DNA of 62,209 nucleotides, the filler included. It is 4 parts of 4 records of this genome, joined end to end, with 100 filler letters (N's around TTAATTAATTAA, not from the genome) between each part and the next. Parts side by side here need not be neighbours in the genome. Positions count along the whole stretch, not along the records: positions 9,557 to 22,039 come from DRR378314_2069; 3 more parts are not named here. One strand, 5' to 3'. The notes below the pieces were generated by a model. It had not been told where the DNA came from. It saw nothing but the letters and a program-made list of their open reading frames with translations, and did not search any database. The position numbers were made by a program, and so were the translations under genes. Below, piece by piece: positions 9,557-19,274 of the stretch (position 1 is its first letter; the number at the start of each line of letters is the position of its first letter).

Positions 9557-10105
9557 GTTGCGCAAATGTTGGGAATTGTCTTCCAAGAACGCTTGGATGG
9601 TTTTCCCGCGACCGTGCTGGAAACCGCACTGATTGGCCGCCACCCCTACCTATCGCTGTGGCAAATGGAGGGCGCCGCCGACTACGCCCAAGCCGAGGCA
9701 GCGCTTGAACGGTTAGACGTTGCGCACCTGCGCGACCGTTTGGTGAGTACGCTTTCTGGCGGTGAGCGCCAGCGCGTGGCGATGGCCACGGTACTGACTC
9801 AGGCTCCCAATATCTGGCTGGCTGACGAACCCACCAACCACCTCGACCTACACCACCAAAGCGCAGTGATGGCGCTGATGGCCCAGCAGGCAGCCCAGGG
9901 CAGCGCGGTGATGATGTGCCTGCATGATTTAAATCTAGCCGCCCGCTGGTGTGACTACCTTTTGCTGCTTTACCCCAGTGGCGAGGCTTGCTGGGGAGCG
10001 CGAGACAGCATGCTGGTGCCCAGTGCATTAGAACGCCTTTACCAGCAGCGGCTGGCAGTGGTCGAGGTTGAAGGGGCACCGGTATTTGTGCCCATAAAGG
10101 AGTGA
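9557..10105 (+). CDS. ABC transporter ATP-binding protein, Fe-siderophore/cobalamin class (5'-truncated)
   Basis: LSGGERQR signature, LADEPTNHLD Walker B/D-loop, HDLNLA; frame is open from the contig edge. Confidence 0.9.
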   Translation, partial: VAQMLGIVFQERLDGFPATVLETALIGRHPYLSLWQMEGAADYAQAEAALERLDVAHLRDRLVSTLSGGERQRVAMATVLTQAPNIWLADEPTNHLDLHHQSAVMALMAQQAAQGSAVMMCLHDLNLAARWCDYLLLLYPSGEACWGARDSMLVPSALERLYQQRLAVVEVEGAPVFVPIKE

Positions 10106-10147
10106 TGACTAGCTTAGCTAGCTCAACAGTTAGCGCTCGCTGCTACG

Positions 10148-11086
10148 TTAGCGGGTATCTAACAGGTGGGCTGGTTTTGGCTGTCGCTGGTTTGGTTGAC
10201 GCTGGCGGGACATCAGAAACAGGCCTGCGCCCACCAAAACTCCGCCAATCACTTCATGCCATGCTGGGTGTTGTCCGATCAATATAAATGCAACCAGGGC
10301 GGCAAACAGTGGGCACAGAAACAAGAAGCCGCTTGTATGTACGGAGCCGCCAATCTTTAACGCCGCAAACCAAAGCCCGATAGCTCCAGTCGATGCGGGA
10401 ATTGCCAGCCACATAAACATTCCCCAGTGGTAAGCATCCGTCGGCAGGGAAAAAGGTTGTTTGCTGAATGCAGCTATCACCATAAGCAGCAGGGAGCCAA
10501 TCAACATCTGCCAGAAAGTGACTATCCAAGGTGAGGGCGTCATGGCAAATTTCTTACTTAGCACGGTAGAGCAGGCCCAGCAGGTAGATGCTAGCATCAC
10601 CAATACTTCTCCACGCCCGACTCCGTGGTAGCCGTTAACGTCGATCCCAATACAAATAACCACTCCAATAAATGCAGAAGCTAAGCCGAATAAGGCAAAC
10701 GTCGAGGAGCGCTCGCCTAAAATAAACCATGCTAAGACAACCACCAGTAAAGGGTTACTAGCCATAAGAATGGCCGCTATTGAAGAGCTGGTCGCCGTTA
10801 GCCCAATGTTGAGTAGCGACATGACACCGGCTGTTTGAAACCCACCAATTATTAACAGTTTTACCCAAGGAAGGTCTTTAATAGCTATTTTATGCCTGCG
10901 CATTTGGATAAAAACAAAAGGCGACAAGGATACTGCTGCGACCAGGAAACGAGCAGACGCTGCCCATAACGGCGACATCTGTTCCATGACGAGCTTCGTG
11001 CTGACAAAAGAAGACCCTTGCAGGAATGTAGATGCGATTATCAGAACGTAATAGTGGTCAGTGAGTGACGTTAGTGAACGTTTCAT
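10148..11086 (-). CDS. EamA/DMT family exporter
   Basis: 312 aa, about 10 TM helices, duplicated EamA pattern, AGAGG SD. Confidence 0.88.
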   Translation of the reverse strand: MKRSLTSLTDHYYVLIIASTFLQGSSFVSTKLVMEQMSPLWAASARFLVAAVSLSPFVFIQMRRHKIAIKDLPWVKLLIIGGFQTAGVMSLLNIGLTATSSSIAAILMASNPLLVVVLAWFILGERSSTFALFGLASAFIGVVICIGIDVNGYHGVGRGEVLVMLASTCWACSTVLSKKFAMTPSPWIVTFWQMLIGSLLLMVIAAFSKQPFSLPTDAYHWGMFMWLAIPASTGAIGLWFAALKIGGSVHTSGFLFLCPLFAALVAFILIGQHPAWHEVIGGVLVGAGLFLMSRQRQPNQRQPKPAHLLDTR

Positions 11087-11142
11087 ATTCCTCTACCGAT
11101 TATTTCAAGAAGTAGAGAAACAATATCAATCTCACGCGGATT

Positions 11143-11967
11143 CTATTCTTCCATGCGAGACAACTTTGTTTGAGAACAGGACAGATCGTTTAAATACTCG
11201 CGGGGAGATTTACCCGTGACACGTTTGAACATAACGGTAAACGCCCCTTGTGAAGCATATCCTAGATGCTCTGCAACTTGGCTAACGCGTTGCCCGGTAC
11301 TTAACTCCGACATGGCACTGACAATGCGTACCTGCTCTCGCCATTGAATAAAAGAAATACCTGTCTCAGTGCGAAATAGTCGGGATAGTGTCCGCGTCGT
11401 TGCTCCGACCTCATTCGCCCAATCTGCCAGTGAGCGCACATCACCCGGATTTTCCAGCAACGTATCGCAGATCTTTTTCAAACGCTTATCTCTGCCCATG
11501 GGCAGTTTTAATCCACACTCGAAGGCCTGCTTCATCTCTTCTAATGCTAGCCGTAACAAGCGCTCTTCGAAGCTGTCTGGATGATAGGTGATTGAAAAAG
11601 AGGAGGCCCTAATCAGCAGCTCGCGTAAAAGGGCAGTGACGCCTATTCCTACTGGATGACTAGGCAAGTTCAAGGTGAACGAATCGACATTGACATATAA
11701 TGTCCGCAAACAAACCGCTGTGCTGGCGCTCATTTCATGTTCTACGTAAGGAGGCATCCAGACGCCACGAAACGGAGGTAATAACCAGTATTCATCGCGG
11801 GTACACAGTCTCATCGTACCTGTGCTGGCATAGATTAACTGTCCACGCTGGTGTTGATGGGGAGGGATGCGATGGTCCGCAGGGTACTCTTTAAACATCG
11901 ACACCACAGGGTTTTTAGCATTTTCCCATTTAGCAAGATGCGTATTTGGTGGATGGTCAGTACTCAT
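11143..11967 (-). CDS. AraC family regulator with an N-terminal cupin (NimR/RipA-like)
   Basis: H.H.RGQL cupin motif, W.PP..EH, RTLSRLF..ETG.SF.QWR and LGYAS..AF..MFKR HTH motifs. Confidence 0.9.
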   Translation of the reverse strand: MSTDHPPNTHLAKWENAKNPVVSMFKEYPADHRIPPHQHQRGQLIYASTGTMRLCTRDEYWLLPPFRGVWMPPYVEHEMSASTAVCLRTLYVNVDSFTLNLPSHPVGIGVTALLRELLIRASSFSITYHPDSFEERLLRLALEEMKQAFECGLKLPMGRDKRLKKICDTLLENPGDVRSLADWANEVGATTRTLSRLFRTETGISFIQWREQVRIVSAMSELSTGQRVSQVAEHLGYASQGAFTVMFKRVTGKSPREYLNDLSCSQTKLSRMEE

Positions 11968-12022
11968 TTGGGCCCCAATATCTTAACCAAGAAAACGCCT
12001 CACTATACCCTGAGGTCTCGCT

Positions 12023-12091
12023 GCCTTTTACTTGGCTTTTACCTCATGCCATTTATCCATGTCATCTACCCCAAGTCATTTACCCCTTGCC
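12023..12091. repeat. Degenerate tandem repeat, about five units of 12-14 nt
   Basis: GCCTTTTACTTG / GCTTTTACCTCAT / GCCATTTATCCAT / GTCATCTACCCCAA / GTCATTTACCCCTT / GCC. Confidence 0.55.
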
Positions 12092-12098
12092 AACGTTT

Positions 12099-12863
12099 CT
12101 AAACAGCATTGCGAAAACGCATGACCTGCTTGCCATCGACAGGGTCATCGATCACATGGGCATGCACACCAAAAGTCTGCTGTAGCCTACTGGCGGTGAG
12201 CACGTCGTGGGGTGGGCCACTATCGATCAGGCGGCCGCTATCCATAACGCCAATGCAGTCGCACTCCATGGCTTGGTTAAGATCGTGCAGGGAAATAATC
12301 ACCGTAATCGGCAGTTGCCTGACCAGTTCAAGAATCGACAGCTGGTGGCGAATATCCAGATGGTTGGTGGGTTCATCCAGCAGCAGGATCTTAGGCTGTT
12401 GGGCCAATGCACGAGCAATATGCACGCGCTGGCGCTCACCGCCAGAGAGCGTATGCCAAAGCCGGTCTGCCATATGCGCCATATCAACATCTATCAGCGC
12501 TTTAGCCACGATGGCATCATCTTCAATTGACCAGGCGCGTAAGGCGGAAAGAAAAGGCGTGCGACCTAGCGCGACCACTTGGCGCACGGTAATTCTATCG
12601 GTGGTGTCAGCCTGTTGCTCAACCAAGGCAATAGATTGAGCGATAGTGCGTTGTTTGAGGGCGTGCAAAGGCTGGTTATCAATCCGCACCTGGCCTGTCT
12701 TTGGTTTGTTCAAACCGGCCAGCAGACGCAGCAGGGACGTTTTTCCCGAGCCGTTGGGGCCCACCAAACCAAAGGTCTGACCGGGCTCGACTGTGAGGTT
12801 GACGTCAATGACCAGTGGCGTGCCATGTATCGCCCAGGTGAGTTGTTCTGCGGATAATTGCAT
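12099..12863 (-). CDS. ABC transporter ATP-binding subunit (FecE/CbtL-like)
   Basis: GPNGSGKT, LSGGERQR and LLLDEPTNHLD. Confidence 0.93.
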   Translation of the reverse strand: MQLSAEQLTWAIHGTPLVIDVNLTVEPGQTFGLVGPNGSGKTSLLRLLAGLNKPKTGQVRIDNQPLHALKQRTIAQSIALVEQQADTTDRITVRQVVALGRTPFLSALRAWSIEDDAIVAKALIDVDMAHMADRLWHTLSGGERQRVHIARALAQQPKILLLDEPTNHLDIRHQLSILELVRQLPITVIISLHDLNQAMECDCIGVMDSGRLIDSGPPHDVLTASRLQQTFGVHAHVIDDPVDGKQVMRFRNAV

Positions 12864-13927
12864 TAATGCCTCTTGCCACGGACAAGAATAAGCGCAAAAG
12901 CGGGCGCGCCAATCAGTGATGTAATCACCCCGATGGGAAGCACCTGACCAGACACTAGAGTGCGCGAAAGAATATCTGAACCGATTAAAAATACCGCGCC
13001 AGCAAGCGCGGTGGCGGGTATCAAGCGCGTGTGTTGGCTGCCGACAATAAAGCGCATCGCATGGGGAATCACTAAGCCAACAAAGCCAATCGCTCCTACG
13101 ATGGAAACCATCACCGCAGTAACCAGCGCCATTGCGATAATCAGCATGCCGCGCACCGGGCGCACAGCAATGCCCATCGACGCGGCGCTATCGGCTCCGA
13201 AGGTAAACGCATCCAGGGAACGACGGTGCCATAGGCAAACCACTAGCCCGAACAGCGCGGCAGGCACCGCTAGGCTAGCATCAGCCCAGCGCACCCCAGA
13301 GAGATTGCCCATCAGCCAAAACATAATGCCCCGCGCCTGTTCAGCACTTGCTGACTTGGTAATGATAAATGCGGTTAGGGCATTAAACAGCTGTGAGCCA
13401 GCAATCCCCGCCAGAATAATTGCCCCTGCTGCTTGAACACCACGCCCACCGCCGACACCGCTGTTGGCCGCATGGGCGAGCATCACTACGATGCCAAAGG
13501 CGAGTAGAGCGCCAGCGAAGGCACCCAAGGAGAGTGACAGCATGCCGGCGCCTAACCCAGCAACTGCCACCGCAACGGCACCCGTAGAGGCTCCAGCAGA
13601 GATACCCATTAAATAGGGGTCGGCTAGGGGATTGCGTAGCAGGGCCTGCAATACCACTCCCGCCAGCGCCAAGCTGGTGCCGCAACAAGCGGCAACGACG
13701 GCGCGACTGAGGCGGTAGTTCCAGATAATACCCTCGTCGATTCGGTCAACTGGATAGTCCGCGCCAAGTAGTTGATTGGCGAGCACTTTGAGTATCGTAT
13801 CAACGGGAATTGATGTCTCGCCGATGGCGGTGCCCGCGATGAGTGCGGCCACCAGCACAAGAGGCGTTACCCAAAGCCAGCGCAGCCCGAAGCGTCTAGC
13901 GGTCGGCCGTGTTAGCGCTATGCTCAT
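12863..13927 (-). CDS. FecCD/BtuC family ABC permease (CbtK-like)
   Basis: LQALLRNPLADPYLMGISAGA, G.IGFVGL.IPH and LP.GVITSLIGAP.F motifs. Confidence 0.93.
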   Translation of the reverse strand: MSIALTRPTARRFGLRWLWVTPLVLVAALIAGTAIGETSIPVDTILKVLANQLLGADYPVDRIDEGIIWNYRLSRAVVAACCGTSLALAGVVLQALLRNPLADPYLMGISAGASTGAVAVAVAGLGAGMLSLSLGAFAGALLAFGIVVMLAHAANSGVGGGRGVQAAGAIILAGIAGSQLFNALTAFIITKSASAEQARGIMFWLMGNLSGVRWADASLAVPAALFGLVVCLWHRRSLDAFTFGADSAASMGIAVRPVRGMLIIAMALVTAVMVSIVGAIGFVGLVIPHAMRFIVGSQHTRLIPATALAGAVFLIGSDILSRTLVSGQVLPIGVITSLIGAPAFALILVRGKRH

Positions 13928-13942
13928 GTGTTAAAAGCCATC

Positions 13943-14956
13943 TCAATTGAAAGACATCGTCGACAGCGCTTCGGCGAGTGACTCAAGGCCGTAAATGCTG
14001 CGCATGGTGGCACTCATCGCATGAGCGTCCATCTCAACGATGCGGTTATTTCGAACCGCCGTCATTTCGCGGGTAACCGGGTCGTTGTGTAGAAACTCAC
14101 GCTTTGCTTCGATGTCGTCAGCAGGAAAACGGCGACGATCCATAGCGGCGATAACAATCACATCGGGGTCAGCCTGGGCGATGCTTTCCCAGCCAACAGT
14201 GGGCCACTCTTCATCAGACTCAATGACATTACGAATACCCAGCTTGTCCATCATATAGCCGGGTGCACCCAGTTGACCGGCAACAAAAGGGCTAACTCCC
14301 AGATCCGTTGATGAAAACCAAAAGACTGCCGACAGGTCTTCTGGCAAATCAAGGCTGCTTGCCAGGTTGATAGCGTGTTCTTCACGGGCGTTTAGGTCTG
14401 TCACCAGGGCGTCACCAGCGTCTTGAACATCGTAAATTTCGGCTAGCTCGGTGATCCCTTTATAGATCGATTGCGTCGAGAAAGCGGCGGTGCGGGTACC
14501 ATCGCCACCGGTAGAGTTATCCTTGGTGTCGCAATCGGCGGGCATGATGTAGGTGGCGATACCTAGTTCATGGAACTGATCTCGGCTGGCCACGCTCCCG
14601 GTAGGCCCCACGTGCCACTCGTACTGCACCGCAACCAAGTCAGGGCGTTTATTGACCACGGCTTCGAAGCTGGGGTCGTCGTTGGCGATCCGCTCGATCT
14701 GTTCATTGACGTCAGTAAATTGCGGCAAGACCGGATTAAACCAGACTGAGGTGCCAACTACGCTATCAGCGAGCCCTAGTGAGTAAAGGATCTCTGTGGC
14801 CGATTGACCCACCGTTACCGTTTGCTCGGGGGGCGACGCCACACTTATCTCTACGCCGCAGTTGGTGAGTGTGAGGGGATAATCGGTAGCGGCGTAAGCC
14901 GCTTGGCTAAGGCTTACAACACTGGCAGCTACCGCCGTGGTCAATCTCAACATCAT
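13943..14956 (-). CDS. Periplasmic substrate-binding protein, Fe/B12 (TroA-like) family, possibly CbtJ-like
   Basis: Signal peptide; YPLTLTNCG, PDLV, ADC..KDNSTGGDG and WE.IA.ADPDVIV motifs. Start re-called at the ATG 5 nt after GGGAG; lies downstream of a B12 riboswitch. Confidence 0.88.
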   Translation of the reverse strand: MMLRLTTAVAASVVSLSQAAYAATDYPLTLTNCGVEISVASPPEQTVTVGQSATEILYSLGLADSVVGTSVWFNPVLPQFTDVNEQIERIANDDPSFEAVVNKRPDLVAVQYEWHVGPTGSVASRDQFHELGIATYIMPADCDTKDNSTGGDGTRTAAFSTQSIYKGITELAEIYDVQDAGDALVTDLNAREEHAINLASSLDLPEDLSAVFWFSSTDLGVSPFVAGQLGAPGYMMDKLGIRNVIESDEEWPTVGWESIAQADPDVIVIAAMDRRRFPADDIEAKREFLHNDPVTREMTAVRNNRIVEMDAHAMSATMRSIYGLESLAEALSTMSFN

Positions 14957-15037
14957 GTACACTCCCGTGCATGATGAGCGATGCGTCCAGCCAGAAAAAA
15001 TATCTGGCCGAACCGTCTCGCTCGATTAATTAACATG

Positions 15038-15203
15038 GTCGGCAGGTCTCCTGACTGACGGGTCATGGCTAGCTCGCCTTCCCAGACAATACGTCCAGTG
15101 GCTCATTGAGCATCGCTAACCGCCTACAGTTGCGGGGGCAGTTCCGTTTCGCGGCTAAGCCGCAGCGGATTCTCTATTAAGTTCCGTGAGGAACACCGAC
15201 GGC
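15038..15203 (-). ncRNA. Cobalamin (AdoCbl) riboswitch
   Basis: Minus strand reads GTCGGTG..TTAATAGAGAATCCG..GCCCCCGCAACTGTA..GCCACTG..CTGGGAAGGC..AGTCAGGAGACCTGCCGAC, with the conserved elements and B12 box in order and the P1 ends pairing. Confidence 0.93.
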
Positions 15204-15556
15204 AGCTATTCTAGGTGGCGGGTAAGGGTAGAACAACAAAAAGCCCGATCTTTCGGCTAAATTTGACATTAAAGCCATTTTTTTCATTACGATAAGACAA
15301 ACCAAATCTTCTGTGGCTTGGTACTCTTAAATGTCATATCAATTTGGCCTAGTGTCGAAATTAGGCCTGTCTTACCGTGTGCTAATAGGCACTGTCTTCT
15401 AGGGTATGCTTGGCACTAAGCTGGCTTCAAAGCCGCGCCTTCCTCTATACTGCAACGTTTTATTTCATCGCTTCCTTATGAATGGTTTTATCATTACTTA
15501 CCAAATCATCATGAATAAAGTTCAAGCTTCGGGCATGCTCTGCATGGGAGGTTCGG

Positions 15557-17314
15557 TTGAGTGACTTTCCCTTTGTAGGTGTTGTCGGCCAAGAAGCGCT
15601 GAAAACCGCCTTGCTGCTGAATGCGATTAATCCGCGCATTGGCGGTGTCTTGATCAGCGGTCCTCGGGGCAGTGCGAAATCCACTTTGGCGCGGGCGCTG
15701 GCGGCGGTTTTGCCTAACGACACCAATGGCAAAAAGCCACCCTTTGTCACCTTACCCCTCGGTGCCAGCGAAGACCGGCTAGTGGGGAGTTTAGATTTGC
15801 AAAAGGTGCTAGCCGAGCAGCAAGCCACTTTTCATGAAGGGCTCCTCGCCAAAGCCCACGGCGGGGTGATGTATGTCGATGAAGTTAATCTGCTGCCGGA
15901 TATGCTGGTTGACCTGCTGCTAGACGTGGCCGCTAGTGGGGTCAATATCGTTGAGCGTGATGGCATCAGCCACTCACACTCGGCGCGTTTTAGTTTGATT
16001 GGCACCATGAACCCTGATGAGGGCGAGCTGCGCCCGCAGTTGCTCGACCGTTTTGGGCTCTGTATTGAACAGGCTGACCGCGTCAGCGTTAAACAGCGCA
16101 TTGCTATTGTTCAGCAGCGCGAAGCCTTTGACCGCGACCCTGAGGCTTACATACAACAGTTTGCGGTAGAGCAGGCAGCGCTGACTCAGCAGCTTGACCA
16201 TGCCCAACAGGCACTAGCGTCGGTGACTAGCCAAGACTGGGTGTACGAGACCATTGCGGCACGCTGCGAAGCCGCCGGCGTTGAAGGGCTGCGGGCAGAC
16301 GTTACTTGGCACCGAGCCGCCCAGGCTCATGCCGCCTGGCGTGGCGTGGCGAGCGTTGAACAGCAAGATATCGACACCGTTGAGCCCTGGGTGCTGGCAC
16401 ATCGTCGAACCCAGCCGCCAGAGCAACATCCGCCGTCCTCCCCGCCTAATCAAACGCCTTCGAATGGGGAGGGCGGATCGTCGTCAGCTAATAACGCGCC
16501 CACCGGCGGGCCATCCCATCACAATAGTGAGCAGGGCCAATGGGGCGCTATGCCGCCTGTAGCACAGGCGTCCATTCACCAGTCAGCGGTTAACCTGCCC
16601 GAAAGCGATAGCTTTTCCCCACGTGCGCAACGCGCCGATACAGCGGCTAGCACAGGCAAGGGAGGTGTCTCCGGTCGCGGGCGCTCTCAGGCGGAAACTC
16701 CGCGGCTAGACGGATTCGCGACGCTAATCGCCAATCGTGGCCAATGGCCTTGGCAGCAATTGAAAATGCGCAAGTCTCGCGCAGGGCAGGCGATAGCGCA
16801 CCTGGTGCTACTGGATACCTCTGGCTCCACCTTGGGGCAGCGCCTGTTAGGCCAAGCCAAAGGGCTGGTGGAGTCGCTGGTCGCCCAAGCTTATGCTGCG
16901 CGGGAGCAAGTCGCGGTGCTGGGGTTTGGTAATGGTGGCGTGGTGTCGCTACTGTCACGTCGCCGTGCTCCCAAAAACGCGCGGGGCACGCTTGATAGTG
17001 CCAAGGGCGGCGGTGGCACCCCGCTGCGGGAAGCGATTGTGGAAGCCAAACGGCTAATTCAACAGTGGCAGCGCCGCGAGCCTGGCTTACAGGTACGTAC
17101 TTATTTGATTACCGATGGCCGCACACGGGAATCTGTTGACGACCTCGCCCCGCTAGGCGACTGCCTGCTGATCGATACCGAGCAATCGAGAGTTAAACGC
17201 GGGCAGGGCGTACGCATCGCCCAGCAATTAGGCGCCCGTTATTGGCCAGCCTCGTTTGGTAAACCCTCTTTGGCACATCCTGTTTTCGCACATCAACCTG
17301 GGGAAAGCCCATGA
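15557..17314 (+). CDS. Mg-chelatase ChlD-like AAA+/VWA protein, probable cobaltochelatase ATPase subunit
   Basis: FPF..VVGQE.LK.ALLL, GPRGSAKS Walker A, YVDEVNLL, MNPDEGELRPQLLDRFG, Pro/Ser-rich linker, VWA MIDAS DTSGS, GGGTPL and ITDGR; first gene of the cob operon. Confidence 0.9.
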   Translation: MSDFPFVGVVGQEALKTALLLNAINPRIGGVLISGPRGSAKSTLARALAAVLPNDTNGKKPPFVTLPLGASEDRLVGSLDLQKVLAEQQATFHEGLLAKAHGGVMYVDEVNLLPDMLVDLLLDVAASGVNIVERDGISHSHSARFSLIGTMNPDEGELRPQLLDRFGLCIEQADRVSVKQRIAIVQQREAFDRDPEAYIQQFAVEQAALTQQLDHAQQALASVTSQDWVYETIAARCEAAGVEGLRADVTWHRAAQAHAAWRGVASVEQQDIDTVEPWVLAHRRTQPPEQHPPSSPPNQTPSNGEGGSSSANNAPTGGPSHHNSEQGQWGAMPPVAQASIHQSAVNLPESDSFSPRAQRADTAASTGKGGVSGRGRSQAETPRLDGFATLIANRGQWPWQQLKMRKSRAGQAIAHLVLLDTSGSTLGQRLLGQAKGLVESLVAQAYAAREQVAVLGFGNGGVVSLLSRRRAPKNARGTLDSAKGGGGTPLREAIVEAKRLIQQWQRREPGLQVRTYLITDGRTRESVDDLAPLGDCLLIDTEQSRVKRGQGVRIAQQLGARYWPASFGKPSLAHPVFAHQPGESP

Positions 17315-17904
17315 GTGACGCTAGCCATCTAAACCGCATGCAGCGCAAAAAAGACGTGGTCGATGAGCGCATCAGCCGCGCCACCGAAGAGCGCGGCGTG
17401 CTGATTCTGCTTAAAGGCAACGGCAAGGGCAAAAGCAGCTCGGCCTTTGGCACCATGGCGCGTTCACTAGGGCACGGTCAGCAGTGCGCGGTCATTCAGT
17501 TTATTAAAGGCCGCCGCGAAACCGGCGAATACCTGTTCTTTCGCGATCATCCCAAGCTTGATTGGCACATCATGGGCCACGGCTTTACCTGGGAAACCCA
17601 GAATCGCGAGCGGGATATCGAAGCCGCCCAAGCCGCCTGGGCCGTCGCTAAAGGACTGCTGGAGAACCCTGCTTATCATATGATCGTGCTGGATGAGATG
17701 AGCTACATGTTCAAGTACGGCTATCTCGACCCCGAACCGGTGGTAGAAGCCTTGCAACGCCGCCCGGCGCACCAGAACGTGATCATTACCGGGCGCACCA
17801 TGGCCACGCCGCTGCAGGAAATCGCCGATACCATCAGCGTTGTTCAGGATGAGCGCCACGCTTTTCGCGGCGGTGTCAAAGCTCAGGCGGGGATCGAATA
17901 CTAA
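17311..17904 (+). CDS. cobO: Cob(I)alamin adenosyltransferase
   Basis: GNGKGKSSSAFG, QFIKG, GFTW, LDE, ITGR and H.F..G.KAQ.GIEY. Confidence 0.95.
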   Translation: MSDASHLNRMQRKKDVVDERISRATEERGVLILLKGNGKGKSSSAFGTMARSLGHGQQCAVIQFIKGRRETGEYLFFRDHPKLDWHIMGHGFTWETQNRERDIEAAQAAWAVAKGLLENPAYHMIVLDEMSYMFKYGYLDPEPVVEALQRRPAHQNVIITGRTMATPLQEIADTISVVQDERHAFRGGVKAQAGIEY

Positions 17905-19274
17905 TGAGCACGCCAACCGCTCGCTGCCCCGCGCTGTTTATCGCTGCCCCGGCTTCTGGCCAGGGTAAAACTACCGTCACGGCGGGCTTGGCGCGGCTGC
18001 TGCGTAATCAGGGCAAGGTGGTGCGGGTGTTTAAAACCGGGCCTGATTATCTGGACCCGCAAATATTGGCTCAGGCGTCAGGTCAACCGGTAGATCAGTT
18101 AGATTTATGGATGGCAGGCGAAGCCTACTGCCGTCAGCGTTTTTATGACGCCGCCTGTGAAGCGGATTTGATTTTGGTCGAAGGTGCCATGGGGCTGTTT
18201 GATGGTGAGCCTTCAAGCGCCGATCTGGCGGCCTTGTTTGCTATTCCCATGGCAATTGTCATGGATGTAAAAGGTATGGCGCAGACCGCAGCCGCGCTGG
18301 TATCAGGGCTTGCCAGCTTTCGCGACGACATCCATATCGCCGGGCTAATCGCCAATGCCTGCGGCTCGGCGCGCCATCGTGAGCTGGTCGAATCAGCGCT
18401 GCCAGCGACGATTCCCCTGCTGGCCGCTGTGCCACGAGACCCTGATTTAGCGCTCCCCGAACGCCATCTTGGGCTGGTGCAAGCTGCGGAGATTCGCGAG
18501 GATTTAGAGGCACGCTTTGAAGCGGGTGCCAGAGCGCTGGAAGCGGCTGGGCTGCTGGAAGCGCTTGCAGCACTGCCACCGGTGACCTTTGCCGCTCCGC
18601 AAGAGCAGCTTGCGGCCGTGAAGCCTGTACTTAAAGGCCGCACCATTGGCGTAGCCCGTGATGCCGCCTTCAGCTTTATCTATCAGGCCAATCTCGACCT
18701 GCTGGAGCAGATGGGCGCAACGCTGCGCTTTTTCTCGCCGCTGACGGATAGCTGCCTGCCGCAATGCGATGCGCTGTGGCTGCCGGGAGGCTACCCGGAA
18801 CTTCACGCCCAACAACTGGCCGGTAACAGCGCCATGCGTTCGGCCATCGAGGCTTTCTATCGCGCCGACAAGCCCATTCTGGCTGAGTGTGGCGGCCTGC
18901 TGTACTGCCTGGAAACCCTGACAGACTACGACGATATCATCCATCCCATGCTCGGCTTGCTGCCTGGGCAGGGGGCGATGCGTGGTCGGCGCGGCTGTCA
19001 GGGGATGCAAACTGCCGAATTGCCGGAAGGCCCAGTTCGCGGCCATGCGCACCACCGCTCTATGGCAGAAGGCACTCCCGAGCCGATTGCTCATGGCCGT
19101 CGCCAGCGCCACCCCGCACCGGGAGAAGCGATTTACCGTCAAAAGCGCTTAACGGCGACCTATTTACATCTGTTTTTCCCTAACAATCCTGACGCTGTGG
19201 CGAGGCTATTTTCTGCCAGCCCGGCGCACTGCGAACTGCAGCACAGCGAGGCATTTACCCATGCAGCCCAATAA
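17904..19274 (+). CDS. cobB: Hydrogenobyrinate/cobyrinate a,c-diamide synthase
   Basis: SGQGKTT, FKTGPDYLDP, EGAMGLFDG, LPERHLGLV, AFSF.Y, LPGGYPEL and AECGG. Confidence 0.95.
   Translation: MSTPTARCPALFIAAPASGQGKTTVTAGLARLLRNQGKVVRVFKTGPDYLDPQILAQASGQPVDQLDLWMAGEAYCRQRFYDAACEADLILVEGAMGLFDGEPSSADLAALFAIPMAIVMDVKGMAQTAAALVSGLASFRDDIHIAGLIANACGSARHRELVESALPATIPLLAAVPRDPDLALPERHLGLVQAAEIREDLEARFEAGARALEAAGLLEALAALPPVTFAAPQEQLAAVKPVLKGRTIGVARDAAFSFIYQANLDLLEQMGATLRFFSPLTDSCLPQCDALWLPGGYPELHAQQLAGNSAMRSAIEAFYRADKPILAECGGLLYCLETLTDYDDIIHPMLGLLPGQGAMRGRRGCQGMQTAELPEGPVRGHAHHRSMAEGTPEPIAHGRRQRHPAPGEAIYRQKRLTATYLHLFFPNNPDAVARLFSASPAHCELQHSEAFTHAAQ

Noticed and set aside
15204-15556. Second cobalamin riboswitch or operator for the cob operon
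   Set aside because: No B12 box found; only weak inverted repeats (TGACATTAAAG / CTTAAATGTCA).
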